DNA of 64,000 bases from Candidatus Krumholzibacteriia bacterium (GCA_041484665.1 JBGPIA010000015.1:57642-121641), one strand, 5' to 3'. Counted from the stretch's first letter, positions 8,974 to 20,178 are shown. Notes: generated by a model from the letters alone, not told the origin. A program made the numbers and translations.

Positions 8974-11900
8974 GTGTCCATGACTCACACTAACATGCGG
9001 TCGCATCGCTTCACGCTGCCGATCTGCGCGGGGCGTATCGGGGCGCTCGACTTCGCCGCCACACCCGCCACGATTGCCATGGTCGCTGTGGTCACCGCGA
9101 TCTCCGCGATCGCCGCGGCCGCCATGGTCGCTGTGGTCACCGCGATCTCCGCGATCGCCATGGCCGTCACCGCCGCTGTCGCGGCCCCTGGCGCCATCGC
9201 GGCAAACCCGGCTCCTTGCGTTCCCAGCAGCACTCTCGCCGGCGCGGACGCTGCGGGGTGGGCCGCCCTCGGCGGTGATGTGCCCGCGCTCGTGCCCGGG
9301 GACGACGACGTCGGCGGCTCCGCCCTGCTGGACGACCAGGACAACAGGAGCGGGATCACGCAAGAGACCCAGGACGAAGCGAAAGACGAAGACAAGCAGC
9401 AGGACGAGGAGAAGAAGGATGACAAGCAGGACGAGAAGAAGGATGAGAAGTGGGACGTCAACGTGGCCCACGGGCCACACCACACCGTCTGCTTCAGCAC
9501 GGACGAGGGAACGTGGATGAGCGTGGATGTCTCGCCCGATGGCAAGACGGTGTCTTCGATCTGTTGGGCGACCTCCACACCGTGCCCATCACCGGCGGCG
9601 CGGCGAAGCGCATCCTCGGCGACCGCGCCTGGGACTACCAGCCACGCTTCTCTCCCGACGGGACGAAGATCCTGTTCACCAGCGACCGCGGCGGGACCGA
9701 CAACATCTGGATCGCCAAGGCCGACGGGAGCGATCCCGAGAAGTTCACCGGGGAGAAGGACAAGGTCACAAACTGCGGCGCCTGGAGCCCCGACGGTGAC
9801 TACATCGTGGCCAAGCGGCGGCTCACCGACCACAGCTCGATCGGCACCACGGAGCTGTGGCTGTACCACCGCACCGGCGGCAGCGGGCTACAGGTGACGA
9901 AGAAGGATGACCTGGCCGAGGTGAGCGAGCCGACCTTCCACCCCGGCGGGCGCTTCATCGACTTCAGCGCGCGCCCGTCGCGCTTCGCCTACGACCGCGA
10001 CGCCAACAAGGGTATCTACCAGATCCGTCGGTTCGATCGCCAGACGGGCCAGGTCACCCAGGTCACCAGCCGCTTCGGGGGCGGAGGCCGCCCCACGATC
10101 AGCCCCGACGGGAAGCTGCTGGCGTACGTCTCGCGCGAGGGCTTGGCGACCATCCTGGTGGTGCAGGACCTCGAGAGCGGCGCCGAGCGCAAGGTCACCG
10201 AGGGGCTCACCCACGACCTGCAGGAGAGCTTTGCCTGGGCCGGCGTGCATCCCGGCTTCGACTGGATGTCGGACGGCAAGTCGGTCGTGATCAGCGCGAA
10301 GGGCAAGCTCTGGAAGGTCGAGGTGGCCGGCGGCGGCTGGACGCCGATCCCCTTCACCACGACCGTGGAGCTGGAGGTCGAGGAGGCGCTGCGCTTCAAG
10401 CCCGACGTGACCGGTGAGACGCTGCGCCTGCGTATCCTGCGCTGGATCCACCAGCCCACGCTCGAGGGGCCGATCGTGTTCAGCGCCATCGGGCGCCTGT
10501 ACGCCACCGGACCGGACGGCTCCCATCCCCACCTCCTGCTCGAGGACGACGACGGCTCGTTCGAGTACGCCCCACGTTTTTCTCCTGATGGAAAGTGGTT
10601 GGCCTACGTCACGTGGAGCGACGCGGACGAGGGGCATGTGTGGAAGGTCAAGATCGGGGCGGGCGGGGTGGCCGCCGGCAAGCCGGTGCGCCTCACCTCC
10701 GTGCCCGGCCAGTACGTCAACCCGAGCTGGTCGCGCGACGGCAAGCGCATCGTGTACCTGCGCGGCAGCGGCGTGACGCTGCGCGGGGGCGACCTGGGTG
10801 ACGAGCTCTGGCATGAGATCTACGTCGTGGGCGCCGATGGCGGCACGCGGTTGTACGTCGTGAGCGTCAACTCGCGCGGCTCGGCGCGGCGCATGCCCGC
10901 ACCCGTCTTCGACCAGAGCAGCGAGCGCGTCTTCTACCTGGAGGACAGCAGCGAGAAGGAGAGCAAGTTCGTCTCGGTCAAGCTCGACGGCACCGACAAG
11001 CGCGAGCACCTGGTGATTCCCTGCGGGGAGGAGGTGGCCGTCTCCCCCGACGGCAAGTGGGTGGCCTACAAGCACCTCCATGACGGCTACGTGGCGCCCT
11101 TCCCGTTCGCGGGCAAGGAGCCCGTGAATGTCTCCGATTCGGACGGCGGCCTGGTGGCCAAGCGGCTCACCAAGGAGGGCGCCGACTGGCTCTGCTGGCT
11201 CGACGCGCGGACGGTGACCTGGGGCGCGGGGCCCACGTTCTATCGCCAGACCCTCGAGCAGATCTTCGCCAAGCCGCCCAAGGACGACGAGAAGAAGGAC
11301 GGCCAGAAGAAGGAAGGTGGAGAGGGCGCGGGCGAGCAGAAGGATGGCAACAACCCGGACGGCGAGCAGAAAGACGCTGGCGCCAGCGCCGCCCCACCGG
11401 ACACCAGCAAGGGCCAGCCGAAGGACCGCGTGAAGGCAGCACCGAAGCCAGATCCCAATGCGCCGCAGGAGATCGAGATTCGCCTGCGTGTGCCGCGGGC
11501 GAAGCCCACCGGGACCCTGGTGCTCGACGGCGCCCGCCTGGTGACCATGCGCGGCGACGAGGTGATCGAGACCGGCTGCGTCGTGATCGAAGACAACCGA
11601 ATCAAGGCGGTCGGCCGCGGCGGCGATATCCCCATCCCGGCCGGGGCAAAAGTGATCGACGCCTCGGGTATGACGGCCATGCCCGGCATGTGCGACGTCC
11701 ACTCGCACATGGGGTACGGCGAGATGGACATCTTTCCGCAGAAAGAGTGGCGTTATTACGCCAACCTGGCCTACGGGGTCACGACTACCATGGATCCTTC
11801 GGCCAGCACGCATCTGGCGCTGGGCCAGAGCGAGATGGTGGAAGCCGGAGTGGCGAAGGGACCGCGCGTGTACTCCACCGGATTCACCATGTATGGGGCG

Positions 11901-12749
11901 GACCAGCCGGGCAAGGCACCCACCAACAGCAAGGAGGACGCCGAGCACCACGTACGCCGCATGAAGCGGCTGGGGGCATTCGCAGTGAAGAGCTACATGC
12001 AGCCCCGCCGCGAGCAGCGCCAATGGTACATCGAGGCGGCGCGCGCCGAGTCGATGCTGGTGTTCCCCGAGGGCGGCGGCAACTTCGAGATGAACATGAG
12101 CATGATCGTCGACGGCCACACCGGCATCGAGCACGCCGTGCCGGTGACCCCGCTGTACAACGACGTCATCCAGATGTGGAGCCAGACCCACGTGGGTTAC
12201 ACGCTGACCTTGCTGGTCGCCTACGGCGGGCTCTCCGGGGAGCACTGGTTCTACCAGCATGCGCAGCCCCCCGTCTGGCAGGACGAGAAGCTCTTGCGCT
12301 TCACCCCGCGCGCCGTGATCGACAGCCGCTCACGACGCCTGCCCCTGATGGCCTACGACGGCGACTGGCATCACATCGAGGTGGCCCAGTCGGCCAAGAA
12401 GTTCCTCGATGCCGGCGGAAGCGTGCAGCTGGGCGCCCACGGGCAGCTGCAAGGGCTGGGGGCCCACTGGGAGCTGTGGAGCATCGGCCAGGGCGGTATC
12501 AGCAACCACGAGGCCCTGCGCTGCGCGACGCAGCGTGGTGCCTGGTACACCGGCCTGGGCGACGAGCTCGGCAGCTTGGAGCCGGGCAAGCTCGCCGACG
12601 TGATCGTGATGGCGAAGAACCCGCTCGACGACCTGCACAACAGCACTACGCTGGTGTACGTGGTCAAGAACGGCGAGCTGTTCGATGCCAACACGCTGGA
12701 CGAGCTGTACCCCGTGGCGGTGCACCGCCCCGACTTCTTCTGGCGCTGA
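8974..12749 (+). pseudogene. TolB/PD40 beta-propeller + amidohydrolase, frameshifted near 9550 (pseudogene or sequencing error)
   Basis: The upstream frame reads TDEGTWMSVDVSPDGKTV and continues as VFDLLGDL in the frame of ORF 9450-12749. Downstream motifs are DVHSH, KSY, EHA, GAHGQ and GSLEPGKLAD. Confidence 0.85.
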
Positions 12750-12852
12750 CGAGTTCTTCTGGCACGGGCGAGCCGGCCCCCGGGGCGCCCTGCCGTCGCG
12801 GGGGCCGAGTCTGGCCACCGCAAGCTTTCCCGCGCCGCGCGCGCCAGGGGGG

Positions 12853-14178
12853 TCAGCCCATGGCCGCCTGGGAACGGGGCGTGGTCGCAGGTGCGGGGTG
12901 CTCCGCCGCGGCCTGCGCCAGGAGCAGCGGGCGTCGGCGTAACCAACCCAGGGCCAAGAGCGCCCAGGTCGCCTCGAGCGCTCCCGAGGCGATCAGCACC
13001 GCCACCACGCCGAAGCGCTCGGCCAACAGCGCCCCCGCTCCGATCGAGCCGACCGACAGGGGCCCGAAGACCGGCCCCAGCCAGCCGAAGGCGCGCCCGC
13101 GCGCCTGCTCGGGTACGCGCTCCTGGAACAGGCTGACGACATGCACCTCGATCAGGCCGCCCAGCAGCCCGAACACCGCGACCAGCACGAGCGCCGGCGC
13201 CAGTGTGCGCATCAGGGCGAACAGCACGAGCGCCGCTCCGTCGGCCGCGCACGCCACCGGAATCAGGCGCAGAGGCGAGATGAAGCGGCGCAGCGGCTGC
13301 GCCAGAACGCTGCCCAGGATCCCGCCCAGGCCGGCCATGGACATGACCAGCCCCAGCTCGGCCGACCCGGTTCGCAGCACCTGTTTCACGAACAGCACCA
13401 GCATCGGCTGCTGCAGGCTCGTGATCAGCACGGTGAGGGCGAAGAAGCCGATGGCGAAGCGCAGCGGCCGGTCGCCCCACACCAGGGTCGCGCCCTGGCG
13501 CGTCTCGGCCAGGAAGGCGCGCACCGGATGCCCGCCGGGGGCGATCCCACCGTGCAGCGGCGGGGGGACGCGGCCCACGCCCAGCAACAGGAGCGCGCTC
13601 GCCACATAGGTGCAGGCATCGATCTGGAATGCAGCGGTCGTGCCCAGCGCCGCGATCAAGAGCCCGCCCACGGCCGGGCCGATGAGCAGCAGCAGGTGCA
13701 GCGTGGCCACCGTCAGTGCGTTGGCCCGCATGATCTGACGCGGCGCGACGATCGAGGGCAGCACGGCCATGCGGGCCGGCTCGTGGAACTGGCGCGCCAC
13801 GGACAGCAGGGCGGCGATAGCCAGGATCTGCGGCAGGCTCGTGGCGGTAGGCACCAGCAGCACGAGCCCGCAGCGCAGCACATCCATGTAGGCCATCATG
13901 CGACGGCGGTCCACGCGGTCGATCAGCCATCCCGAGAAGGGCGCGAGCAGCGTGGCGGGCAGCACCTGGGCGATGGCCAGCGCCCCGATGTCCAGGGCGC
14001 GCCCGGTGAGGTTGAAGACCAGGATGTAGAGCGCGAGCGCGTGGACGCGGTCGCCGAAAGCGCTGACGGTGTCGGCGAGGTAGAGGCTGGCGAAGCGGCG
14101 GTTGCGCCGTAGCGGCAACGCGGCGGAGGCAGGTTGGGCAGCGCCAGGCGCAGAATCGGCAGGGGGGTCGGCGCTCAC
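12853..14178 (-). CDS. MFS transporter (DHA3/macrolide efflux-like)
   Basis: About 12 hydrophobic segments, GWLIDRVDRRRMM motif A, and QERVPEQARGRAFG. Confidence 0.9.
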   Translation of the reverse strand: MSADPPADSAPGAAQPASAALPLRRNRRFASLYLADTVSAFGDRVHALALYILVFNLTGRALDIGALAIAQVLPATLLAPFSGWLIDRVDRRRMMAYMDVLRCGLVLLVPTATSLPQILAIAALLSVARQFHEPARMAVLPSIVAPRQIMRANALTVATLHLLLLIGPAVGGLLIAALGTTAAFQIDACTYVASALLLLGVGRVPPPLHGGIAPGGHPVRAFLAETRQGATLVWGDRPLRFAIGFFALTVLITSLQQPMLVLFVKQVLRTGSAELGLVMSMAGLGGILGSVLAQPLRRFISPLRLIPVACAADGAALVLFALMRTLAPALVLVAVFGLLGGLIEVHVVSLFQERVPEQARGRAFGWLGPVFGPLSVGSIGAGALLAERFGVVAVLIASGALEATWALLALGWLRRRPLLLAQAAAEHPAPATTPRSQAAMG

Positions 14179-15536
14179 ACGGGGATTCTACCCCGCCGCC
14201 GCCGCCGCGCCACCTCCAGGATCTGCAGGCCGGGCAGGCGCACCACGCGCCCGTAGTTGGGTCCGTCGACGCGCAGCCGCACGTGGGCCTGGTCGTGGTC
14301 GTACTCCACCGAGAGCACCTCGGCCAGCGCGTGGAGCTGCGCGAGCGTACGCGACTGCGAGGTCTCCACGGCCACCAGCAGCTCGCGCTGCTCGCCGCGC
14401 AAGCGTGACCGCACTTCCTCGTGCAGCGCCGCAATCCCGGTGCCGGCGGTCGCGCTGGTGAAGAGCGCATCCGGATAGCGCTGCGCCAGCTCTTCCAGTC
14501 GCTGCGGCTCCGCCACCAGGTCGATCTTGTTGAAGACCAGCACGGTGGGTTGCGGTTGTGGGCAGACCTCTGCCAGTACGGCGTCGACCGCCAGGATCTG
14601 GCCTTCCAGATCGGCCGCCGAGGCGTCCACGATGTGGAACAACAGGTTGGACTCGTTGATCTCGCTCAACGTGGCGCGGAAGCTCTCCACCAGATCGTGG
14701 GGCAGCTTGCGGATGAACCCCACGGTGTCCGTCAGCAGGAAGTCGTGGCGGTCGTCCAGGCGCACCCGCCGGGTGGTGGCGTCCAGCGTGGCGAACAGCT
14801 GGTCGCGGACGTACACGCCGGCCTCCGTGATGCAGTTCATGATGGAGCTCTTGCCGGCGTTGGTATAGCCCACCAGGGTCACGCGGTAGTAGCGGTCGCG
14901 CTGCTTGTGTTGTGTCGCCATCTGGCGCTGGACCGCCGCGAGCTCGCGCTTCAGCTGCGCGATGCGAGTGCGGATGATGCGGCGGTCGGTCTCCAGCTGC
15001 GACTCGCCGGGTCCACGCGTGCCGATGCCGCCGGCCTGCCGCTCCAGGTGCTCCCACATGCGCGTGAGCCGCGGCAGCATGTACTCGTACTGTGCCAGCT
15101 CCACCTGCAGGCAGGCCTGACGGGTGCGGGCGTGGCGGGCGAAGATATCCAGGATCAGCTCGGTACGGTCGATCACCCGCACGCCGAGCTGCTTCTCCAG
15201 ATTGCGCCCCTGGGCGGGGGCCAGGGTGTTGTCGAAGACGACGAGGTCGGCCGTGACGCTCTCGATGAGCTGCTTGAGCTGCTCGACCTTTCCCTTGCCC
15301 AGGAGGCTGCGGACGTCGGGACGGGCGCGCCGCTGCTCGACGCGGGCCATCACCACGGCCCCGGCGGTCTCGGCCAGCCGCTCGAGCTCCTCGAGGTCGG
15401 CCCACTCCTGGCGCGCCCCAGGGGAGCCGCCGGTCAGGTGCACGCCTACGAGAACGGCGCGCTCGCGGGTCGGGCCGGTGGAGGTGGGGTGGGATCGCGG
15501 CTCAGTGCGGCGGCGCTCGGACTTGGTCTTGGCCAA
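14175..15536 (-). CDS. hflX: GTPase HflX
   Basis: GIGTRGPGESQLETDRR, GYTNAGKS, LFATLD, DTVGFI and NKID. TTG start. Confidence 0.97.
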   Translation of the reverse strand: MAKTKSERRRTEPRSHPTSTGPTRERAVLVGVHLTGGSPGARQEWADLEELERLAETAGAVVMARVEQRRARPDVRSLLGKGKVEQLKQLIESVTADLVVFDNTLAPAQGRNLEKQLGVRVIDRTELILDIFARHARTRQACLQVELAQYEYMLPRLTRMWEHLERQAGGIGTRGPGESQLETDRRIIRTRIAQLKRELAAVQRQMATQHKQRDRYYRVTLVGYTNAGKSSIMNCITEAGVYVRDQLFATLDATTRRVRLDDRHDFLLTDTVGFIRKLPHDLVESFRATLSEINESNLLFHIVDASAADLEGQILAVDAVLAEVCPQPQPTVLVFNKIDLVAEPQRLEELAQRYPDALFTSATAGTGIAALHEEVRSRLRGEQRELLVAVETSQSRTLAQLHALAEVLSVEYDHDQAHVRLRVDGPNYGRVVRLPGLQILEVARRRRRGRIPV

Positions 15537-15630
15537 AGGGCCTCGCTGGGCTGAGGTGCAGATCGGCGGAGCGGCAGCCGGGGGCAGGGGGGCGCTCCGC
15601 GGGGAGTGTACCAGACCGCGCGCAGGCGCG

Positions 15631-17097
15631 TCAGCGCAGCGAGATGGTGCCCATCCGCGAGGAAGCGATGGTGCCGCCGCCGTGCAACGCCACCACCTGC
15701 CACAGGATCAAGCTATCGGTCGCTCCCGCCGCCCCGAGCTGGTCGCGGCCGACCACCAGCGACTGGATGGCGACCGGGTTGGTCTCGGCAAGCTGCTGCT
15801 TGTCGCGGCCGTAGAACAGGACCTGGTAGGCGTCGGCGCCGTCGACCGGATCCCAGTGCAGCACCCAGCGGTCCGTGCCCAGCGACTCGGCCGCGGAGGC
15901 GGGGAAGCTCGCCTTGCCCGCGAGCTCGTCCCCCGGGTGGGCGGCCGGGCCGCTGCGGCGGACCGCCTGCGCCAGACGCGTCCGCTGGTCGTCACCCCAG
16001 AGCACGAGGCCTCCGCCCTCACCCTTGGGCGTGTTGCGGTGCAGCAGCGTCATTGCGGCGATCACGCCGGCGACCAGCATCAGCAGCCCAGCCGAGCTCC
16101 ACGCCACAGCCTGTGGCACCCGTCCCAGGCGGCGGTGCGGGCGGCGCGCGAGGCGCTCCGCCGCGGGTCCGCCGCCGGTCCACAACACCCGCTCGCTGCG
16201 CAGGCGGGTCGTCAGTGCCGCCGCTAGTTGCTTCTCCGCGCCGCGCGCCTGGGCGGCGGCCGGCAGTCGGCCAGGGGCCGCCTCGAAGGAGGCGAACTGC
16301 AGCGCCAGCGCCCGGCAGCGGGGGCAGGTGGCGACGTGCTGGCGCAGGGCCTCCTGCTCGGGAAGCGCCAGCACCTGGGGCACGCGCGCTGGCTCGATGC
16401 AGGGCTGCGCGGTCGCAGCCACCGGCCCGGTGTTCGCGGCTTCGCAGGGCGCGGTTGCGGCGCTGGCCGGGACCGCGGCAGCCGCAGCCTCCGCCTCCTC
16501 CAGTGCCGCGCGCAACTTGGCGCGGGCAGCGCGCAGCACCTCGCGGGCGGCGCCGGGCCCGCCGGGGATGCGCAGCAGCCGAGCAACCTCCACCACCGGG
16601 GCCCTTTCCAGACAGCGCAGGGCGAGGGCGTCCTGCTCGCGCGGCTCCAGCGCGTGGCGCATCCGCCCGAGCATCAGCGGTTCGAGCCCCTCGCCGGCGA
16701 GCCGCGGCGGCCCGCTGCCCCCCGCTTCTACGACGTGCCACTGCGGCTCTTCGTCGTCCACCAGCAGGGCTGGGGCCCGCGCTGCGCCGTGCACGCGGCG
16801 CCGCGTCAGCGCGAAGAGCCAGCCGGAGCTGCGCACGCCCTCACCCACGGTGCCGGTGGTCCCCGTGACCCCCGTGGCGCCGGTCAGCGCGCGTGCGGCC
16901 TCCAGCAGCGTGCTGCGGGCCAGCTCCAGCGCCGCATCGCGACCCCCCGTGATCCGGAAGCAGAAGGCGTAGACCCGCCCCGCCCAACGACCCAGCAGCT
17001 CGAGAGCGGCGTCCGCGCCCGGCGGGGTCGTGGCATGCTCCAGAGCCAGACGCAGGAGCTCCTCGTCGTCGTGGTGGCGCAGCGTGTTCTTCGCCAT
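15631..17097 (-). CDS. ECF sigma70-like domain fused to zinc anti-sigma motif, TM helix and extracytoplasmic beta domain
   Basis: Region 2-like segment RVYAFCFRITGGRDAALELA...WLFALTRRR and region 4-like segment LEPREQDALALR...EVARLL...RAARAKLR. Then HVATCPRC (HxxxCxxC), TM AGLLMLVAGVIAAMTLL and LHWDPVDGADAYQV. Confidence 0.75.
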   Translation of the reverse strand: MAKNTLRHHDDEELLRLALEHATTPPGADAALELLGRWAGRVYAFCFRITGGRDAALELARSTLLEAARALTGATGVTGTTGTVGEGVRSSGWLFALTRRRVHGAARAPALLVDDEEPQWHVVEAGGSGPPRLAGEGLEPLMLGRMRHALEPREQDALALRCLERAPVVEVARLLRIPGGPGAAREVLRAARAKLRAALEEAEAAAAAVPASAATAPCEAANTGPVAATAQPCIEPARVPQVLALPEQEALRQHVATCPRCRALALQFASFEAAPGRLPAAAQARGAEKQLAAALTTRLRSERVLWTGGGPAAERLARRPHRRLGRVPQAVAWSSAGLLMLVAGVIAAMTLLHRNTPKGEGGGLVLWGDDQRTRLAQAVRRSGPAAHPGDELAGKASFPASAAESLGTDRWVLHWDPVDGADAYQVLFYGRDKQQLAETNPVAIQSLVVGRDQLGAAGATDSLILWQVVALHGGGTIASSRMGTISLR

Positions 17098-17175
17098 GAC
17101 GCAATCCTATCCGTCGCACGCCGTTGCAGCAAGGCGATGCGCTACGGCGCGGTGAACGCGGCTATACTGGCCGGC

Positions 17176-17754
17176 ATGGAATCCGATCCGTACGCGCTCC
17201 TGGAGCGATGGTACGACGAGGCGGTGGCTGCTGGGGCGCCCCAGCCCGAGGCGATGGGTCTGGCGACGGCGACCTCCAACGGGCGCCCGTCGCTGCGCAC
17301 GGTGCTCTATAAGGGCGTCCGCGATGGCCGGATCTGCTTCTACACGAACTACGACAGCCGCAAGGGGCGCGAGCTGGCCGCCAATCCGCACGCCGCGCTC
17401 TCGCTCTACTGGGAGGCGCTCCGGCGGCAGGTGCGCATCGAAGGTACGGCAGCGCCCCTCACGCCCGGGGAATCCGACGCATACTGGCGCACGCGCCCGC
17501 GCGAGAGCCAGCTCGCGGCGTGGGCCTCGCGCCAGAGCGCGGTGCTGGGAAATCGCGCGGAGCTGCTCGCGGAGTTCGCCTACGCCGGCATGCGGTTCGC
17601 GGGCCGTCCGGTGCCCCGCCCGCAGAACTGGGGCGGCTTCGGGGTTCTCCCCGAGCGCTTCGAGTTCTGGATCAACGCCGAGCACCGGCTGCACGACCGG
17701 CTGCTCTACGAGCGCGACGGCGACCGTTGGCAGGCCGTGCGGCTGGCGCCCTGA
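17176..17754 (+). CDS. pdxH: Pyridoxine/pyridoxamine 5'-phosphate oxidase
   Basis: RTVLYKG, FYTNYDSRKG, RQVRIEG, SRQS, EFW...RLHDR and RLAP. Confidence 0.96.
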   Translation: MESDPYALLERWYDEAVAAGAPQPEAMGLATATSNGRPSLRTVLYKGVRDGRICFYTNYDSRKGRELAANPHAALSLYWEALRRQVRIEGTAAPLTPGESDAYWRTRPRESQLAAWASRQSAVLGNRAELLAEFAYAGMRFAGRPVPRPQNWGGFGVLPERFEFWINAEHRLHDRLLYERDGDRWQAVRLAP

Positions 17755-18044
17755 CCGCAGCGCCACGGCGGAGGGCATGGCCAAGCGCGCGGACCCCGCG
17801 CGCCGCTGGCCCCCCGTCCGTATGCCCCCGGCTGCCGCCCCGGAATCCACGGAGCGCTGTCCACGGGGCGCGGTGGGGGCGATGGTCCGCACGCGCACGC
17901 GCCGCGGCATCACGAGGAGCGATGCGCCGCGAGCGTCGCGCTGCGCGATGGAGCGCTCTCGCGCTTGTTCCCCCACGCGCAGCGCTCATCCTGTAGACTT
18001 GATGTGGAGGGGGGCGACGTCTCCAATTCGCTGGAGGCCCGCCG

Positions 18045-18332
18045 ATGTCGAAGATGCGCAACGCTCGCCGGTCCCTGCTCGCCCGCTCGCGCATGGCTGC
18101 GCTGCGCTCTGGCGCGCGCCCCCGCCTCGCGCGCGCCGTCACCAGCCTGCTCAAGCTCACCCGCGCTCCGCTGCGCTCGCGTTCGCTGGCGCTGTACCCG
18201 GGTGTCGTGGAGCCGTCGGCCGATACGGCCCTCGAGATGGACGCGTGGTATACGCCCGTCCCGCAGCCCGCGTCCCTGGATCCGGCCGCGCGCGCAAGCC
18301 CGGGCGCATGGTGGCAGGGCCGCGCGCGCTGA
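18045..18332 (+). CDS. Small basic hypothetical protein
   Basis: GGAGG RBS before the ATG and a TAGACT -10-like hexamer at 17994-17999. No recognisable domain. Confidence 0.4.
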   Translation: MSKMRNARRSLLARSRMAALRSGARPRLARAVTSLLKLTRAPLRSRSLALYPGVVEPSADTALEMDAWYTPVPQPASLDPAARASPGAWWQGRAR

Positions 18333-18402
18333 CGAGCTGCCGCCGGTCAGTGCGGGGTTACGCGCTCGTGCCGGCCGAAACGGGATCACGAGCTCCCGCT
18401 GG

Positions 18403-20178
18403 TTAGAGCGGGGTCACGCGCACTTCGTCGAACCAAGCCTGCGAGTCTGACCACAGCCGGAATCCGACGGTGCCGGCGGTGAAGACGCTGTCGTGCACCT
18501 CGACCACCAGCACGCCGTCCACCCAGGCGCGCAGCCAGTCACCCTGGACGGCCACGCGGCAGTGGCGCCACGTGCCGTACCAGGGAGCGTTGGCGAGCGC
18601 GCTGATATTCCTCTTTTCGACGAAGGCCAGCGGGGTGGTCTCCTGCCCGTCGTGGATCCGGCGGAACATGAACGAGCCGCTCTGCCAGCCCGGATCGTAC
18701 TGGAACACGTACGAGTCCTGCTTGGTGTCATCGAGAACGTCCTGGGCGCGGAAGTAGATGCCGTAACCCTTGCCCTGGTCCAGGTAGGCCACGACGTCGA
18801 CCTGCACGTCGGACCACATGGCCTCGTTGTTCCAAAAGACCCGGCGGTCGGCCGGATTTCCCGCGACCGGGCAGGTAAACGTGCTGCGCCCGTCCTTTTG
18901 CGCGACGAGCCAGTGGCCGTAGACCTGGGTCCAGGGGTAGGGCACGAGCAGCTTGCCGCTGAAGTCGTCGAAGATGTCGTACTGGAAGGCGCCAATCAGC
19001 ACGCCGCCACGGCCGTCGCCGCTGAACCAGACGTGATTGCCCACCGCCACGCTGTTGGACGAGCCGGCGTTGGCCAGGTCGAGGGTGCCCAGCGCGGTGT
19101 ACACGTCGGCCGCGCTGTGATGGGCGAGCTGCAGGCCGGCCTCGCCGTTGGCCCGGAAGAACAACAGACCGTCATCGGTCGCGAGCCCGTTGGGAGTGCC
19201 GTCTGCCCAGGGCATGGCCAGGCGGGCCTCGTGGTTGATGAGGTCGACGGCAACGATGCCGTCGCTGCTGTTCACGTAGTAGACGTCGCCGACCACCACG
19301 CCGCGGGTGGGCGCCATGGGCGGCAAACCGGCGATCGGCACCAGATCGATGCCGCCGTCGGTCTGGACGAAGACGACGCCCTGGCCGGTGAGCACGGCCA
19401 CCCCGCCCGGAGCGCGGGCGAGGTTGCGCGCGTCGGCGAGCTCCACCAGCCCGGTCTCGGCCGGCGCCAGCCCGTCGCTGGCGTCGAGCAAGAAGAGTCC
19501 GCCGTTATCGCCCGTCACCACGGACAGGTGCGAGCCGGACGCCAGCGCCGCGAGCGCAGTGTGCGCCCCGAGTGCCACGCGCGACGCGAGCCGCGGGGAT
19601 GCCGGGTCGCTGACGTCATAAGCGTCCACGATTGCCCCCTGGCGATCGTTGCCCAGGACGTAGGCGACCGTCCCCGCGAGCACGGCGCTGTTGTACTCGG
19701 CGTCGGCGAAGAGCACCTCCGCGGTCATCACGGGGTTATACGGATCCGAGACGTCGAAGAGCTGTAGGGCTCCCTTGGCCACCTCGCCGGCGTAGTTGGC
19801 CGTCGCCACGCCGAGCTTGCCGTCGGAGTCGATCACCATGTCGGTGATCTGGACCGCCTCCCCTGCGACTTGCGGCGGGGCGACCACGGCGCGCCCCTCG
19901 AAGGTCACGCCCGTGTAGCCGTCCAGCGCCTGCGATTCGAATGTGAAGATGGGGAATTTCGGGCCGGGCGCGTTGCCACGGCCGGGCGGCAGCACGAAGC
20001 GGCGGACATTGCCCGATTGCGCGAAGCTCAGCGCCTGCACGCCGCGGTGCTGCAGGAGTGAGCCGTAGGGACCATTCACCGCCCCGCTGCTGTCCGTCGG
20101 GGCGGTCGAATCGTTGCTGCAACCGGCAATGGCGAGCGTGGCGCACGCGCACGCTGCGAGGGCACGACGGGGAAGCAT
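18403..20178 (-). CDS. Lipoprotein with LVIVD-like beta-propeller repeats and C-terminal DUF1080/ConA-like domain
   Basis: GGAGG RBS and lipobox LAIAGC. Repeated FDVSDP/YDVSDP and ANGEAGL segments. C-terminus YGIYFR...WRHCRVAVQGD.LRAWVDG...GTVGFR...FDEVRV. Confidence 0.75.
   Translation of the reverse strand: MLPRRALAACACATLAIAGCSNDSTAPTDSSGAVNGPYGSLLQHRGVQALSFAQSGNVRRFVLPPGRGNAPGPKFPIFTFESQALDGYTGVTFEGRAVVAPPQVAGEAVQITDMVIDSDGKLGVATANYAGEVAKGALQLFDVSDPYNPVMTAEVLFADAEYNSAVLAGTVAYVLGNDRQGAIVDAYDVSDPASPRLASRVALGAHTALAALASGSHLSVVTGDNGGLFLLDASDGLAPAETGLVELADARNLARAPGGVAVLTGQGVVFVQTDGGIDLVPIAGLPPMAPTRGVVVGDVYYVNSSDGIVAVDLINHEARLAMPWADGTPNGLATDDGLLFFRANGEAGLQLAHHSAADVYTALGTLDLANAGSSNSVAVGNHVWFSGDGRGGVLIGAFQYDIFDDFSGKLLVPYPWTQVYGHWLVAQKDGRSTFTCPVAGNPADRRVFWNNEAMWSDVQVDVVAYLDQGKGYGIYFRAQDVLDDTKQDSYVFQYDPGWQSGSFMFRRIHDGQETTPLAFVEKRNISALANAPWYGTWRHCRVAVQGDWLRAWVDGVLVVEVHDSVFTAGTVGFRLWSDSQAWFDEVRVTPL

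Noticed and set aside
8974..12749. The amidohydrolase as the missing dihydropyrimidinase
   Set aside because: It has an exported, beta-propeller-fused architecture unlike cytoplasmic HydA and lies far from the operon.
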